Assembly (NCBI GenBank): GCA_030141605.1
Contig: JAQGDQ010001456.1
Location: forward strand, 1 to 40,250
Direction of reading: 5' to 3'
Length of the DNA stretch: 40,250 bases
From: Tubiluchus corallicola
Taxonomy: Eukaryota; Animalia; Priapulida
Positions 38,625 to 40,250 of the stretch are shown piece by piece; the stretch's first letter is position 1; every line of letters starts with the position of its first letter. A program made the translations under genes and the position numbers. Under the pieces are notes generated by a model. That model worked only from the letters and a program-made list of their open reading frames with translations, was not told where the DNA came from and did not search any database.

Positions 38625-39150
38625 GGTACATAATGTGTATTGCATTGATACATTCATCACATTAAAATGGTACATAATGTGTACTGCATTGATGCATTCA
38701 TCACATCAAAATGGTACATAATGTGCACTGCATTGATGCATTCATCATATTAAAATGGTACACAATGTGTACTGCATTGATACATTCATCACATTAAAAT
38801 GGTACATAATGTGTACTGCATTGATACATTCATCACATTAAAATGGTACATAATGTGTACTGCATTGATACATTCATCACATTAAAATGATACATAATGT
38901 GCACTGCATTGATGCATTCATCACATTAAAATGGTACATAATGTGTACTGCATTGATGCATTCATCACATCAAAATGGTACATAATGTGCACTGCATTGA
39001 TGCATTCATCATATTAAAATGGTACACAATGTGTACTGCATTGATACATTCATCACATTAAAATGATACATAATGTGCACTGCATTGATGCATTCATCAT
39101 ATTAAAATGCTACATAATGTGCACTGCATTGATACATTCATCACATTAAA
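38625..39150. repeat. Minisatellite, 44-bp unit, ~12 copies
   Basis: Unit ggtacataatgtgtactgcattgatacattcatcacattaaaat; period 38669 to 38713. Confidence 0.95.
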
Positions 39151-39939
39151 CTACACCCAGTCACTGGACGCAGCACACCAGAAGCTCAACCTACTTGTCA
39201 TACAACTCAGGATTCTGTCACGTCGGTTTAAATTAAGCCTAGAGAAATGCGTGTAGAAAGTTGATTACCCTAATGAGGCTCATGTAAAGCAGCGCTCGTG
39301 ACGTGGCAACAGCAACAGCATCAGCATCAGCAGCAGCATCTCGTGATTGAGTTACTGGTCATCTGTTTCTTAACAAGCCAATAACAGTTGAGAAACGCCT
39401 TGGAAATCTAAATTTGTTTTCCCCGGACGCAATGAGAGCTCTTAATTAGTGATGACACGATTGAATAAGCGCGTTGATTACTAGATAAATTTCATTTTTA
39501 GTCGAGATAACGGCCATTTAATCGAGAAAAATGTGTAAAATTACCAACGAAAACTATTTACAAAGTTTAATCGAAGCTTTACTTGCTGGTTTAGTCATTT
39601 ATTGCAAAAGAAATCAAACGTTATAATATTACAATGCGAAACGTCTTTAGCCACAGATTAGAGTGCACTTGTCGTGTATATGCAAATTTCCACAAAAAGA
39701 AGACGACGAAGAAAAAGAATAAGAAGAGAATGGTGATGATGACGACGATGATGATGACGATGACAGCGACGATGATGATAATGATGACGAGATATTAACC
39801 GATTGACAAAGGCCTCAATAGTGAAACAAAGAAGTTTCGTTTTATTTGTTGCAAATATATCATGTATGTCATATATAATATGATGATATGATATATGATA
39901 TACATGATATATACACAACAAATAATATATAGATATATT

Positions 39940-40232
39940 ATATTATGTTGTGTTGTGTTGTGTTGTGTTGTGTTGTGTTGTGTTGTGTTATGTTATGTTA
40001 TGTTATGTTATGTTATGTTATGTTATGTTATGTTATGTTATGTTATGTTATGTTATGTTATGTTATGTTATGTTATGTTATGTTATGTTATGTTATGTTA
40101 TGTTATGTTATGTTATGTTATGTTATGTTATGTTATGTTATGTTATGTTATGTTATGTTATGTTATGTTATGTTATGCTATGCTATGCTATGCTATGCTA
40201 TGTTATGTGATGTGATGTGATGTGATATGATG
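39940..40232. repeat. Compound pentamer microsatellite (TGTTG, TGTTA, TGCTA, TGTGA)
   Basis: Directly visible. Confidence 0.97.
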
Positions 40233-40250
40233 TCTTACTTTAAGCCTGCT

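Overview
AT-rich, repeat-dense eukaryotic genomic DNA, most likely from an invertebrate animal; it is not prokaryotic and has no CRISPR array. The main feature is a minus-strand, intron-rich gene for a Cys-loop ligand-gated ion channel subunit of the GABA-A alpha / insect GRD-CG8916 type. Six coding exons splice in frame by GT-AG boundaries (22841-22639, 21037-20970, 16836-16589, 11838-11756, 10679-10539, 5287-5135; about 298 codons). They cover the extracellular domain, Cys-loop, M1 and the start of M2. The signal-peptide exon was not found, and the M2-M4 exons probably lie left of the window. The selectivity-filter motif is N-D-R instead of the anion-channel P-A-R, suggesting a cation-permeable GABA-type receptor. 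An intact tRNA-Arg(TCG) lies antisense in one intron. The rest is MITEs (piggyBac-, hAT- and TA-flanked foldback types), 5'-truncated LINE 3' ends with target-site duplications, minisatellites, microsatellites, a perfect inverted duplication of at least 417 bp and one 101-N gap. Nearly all long ORFs in the supplied track are repeat artefacts.
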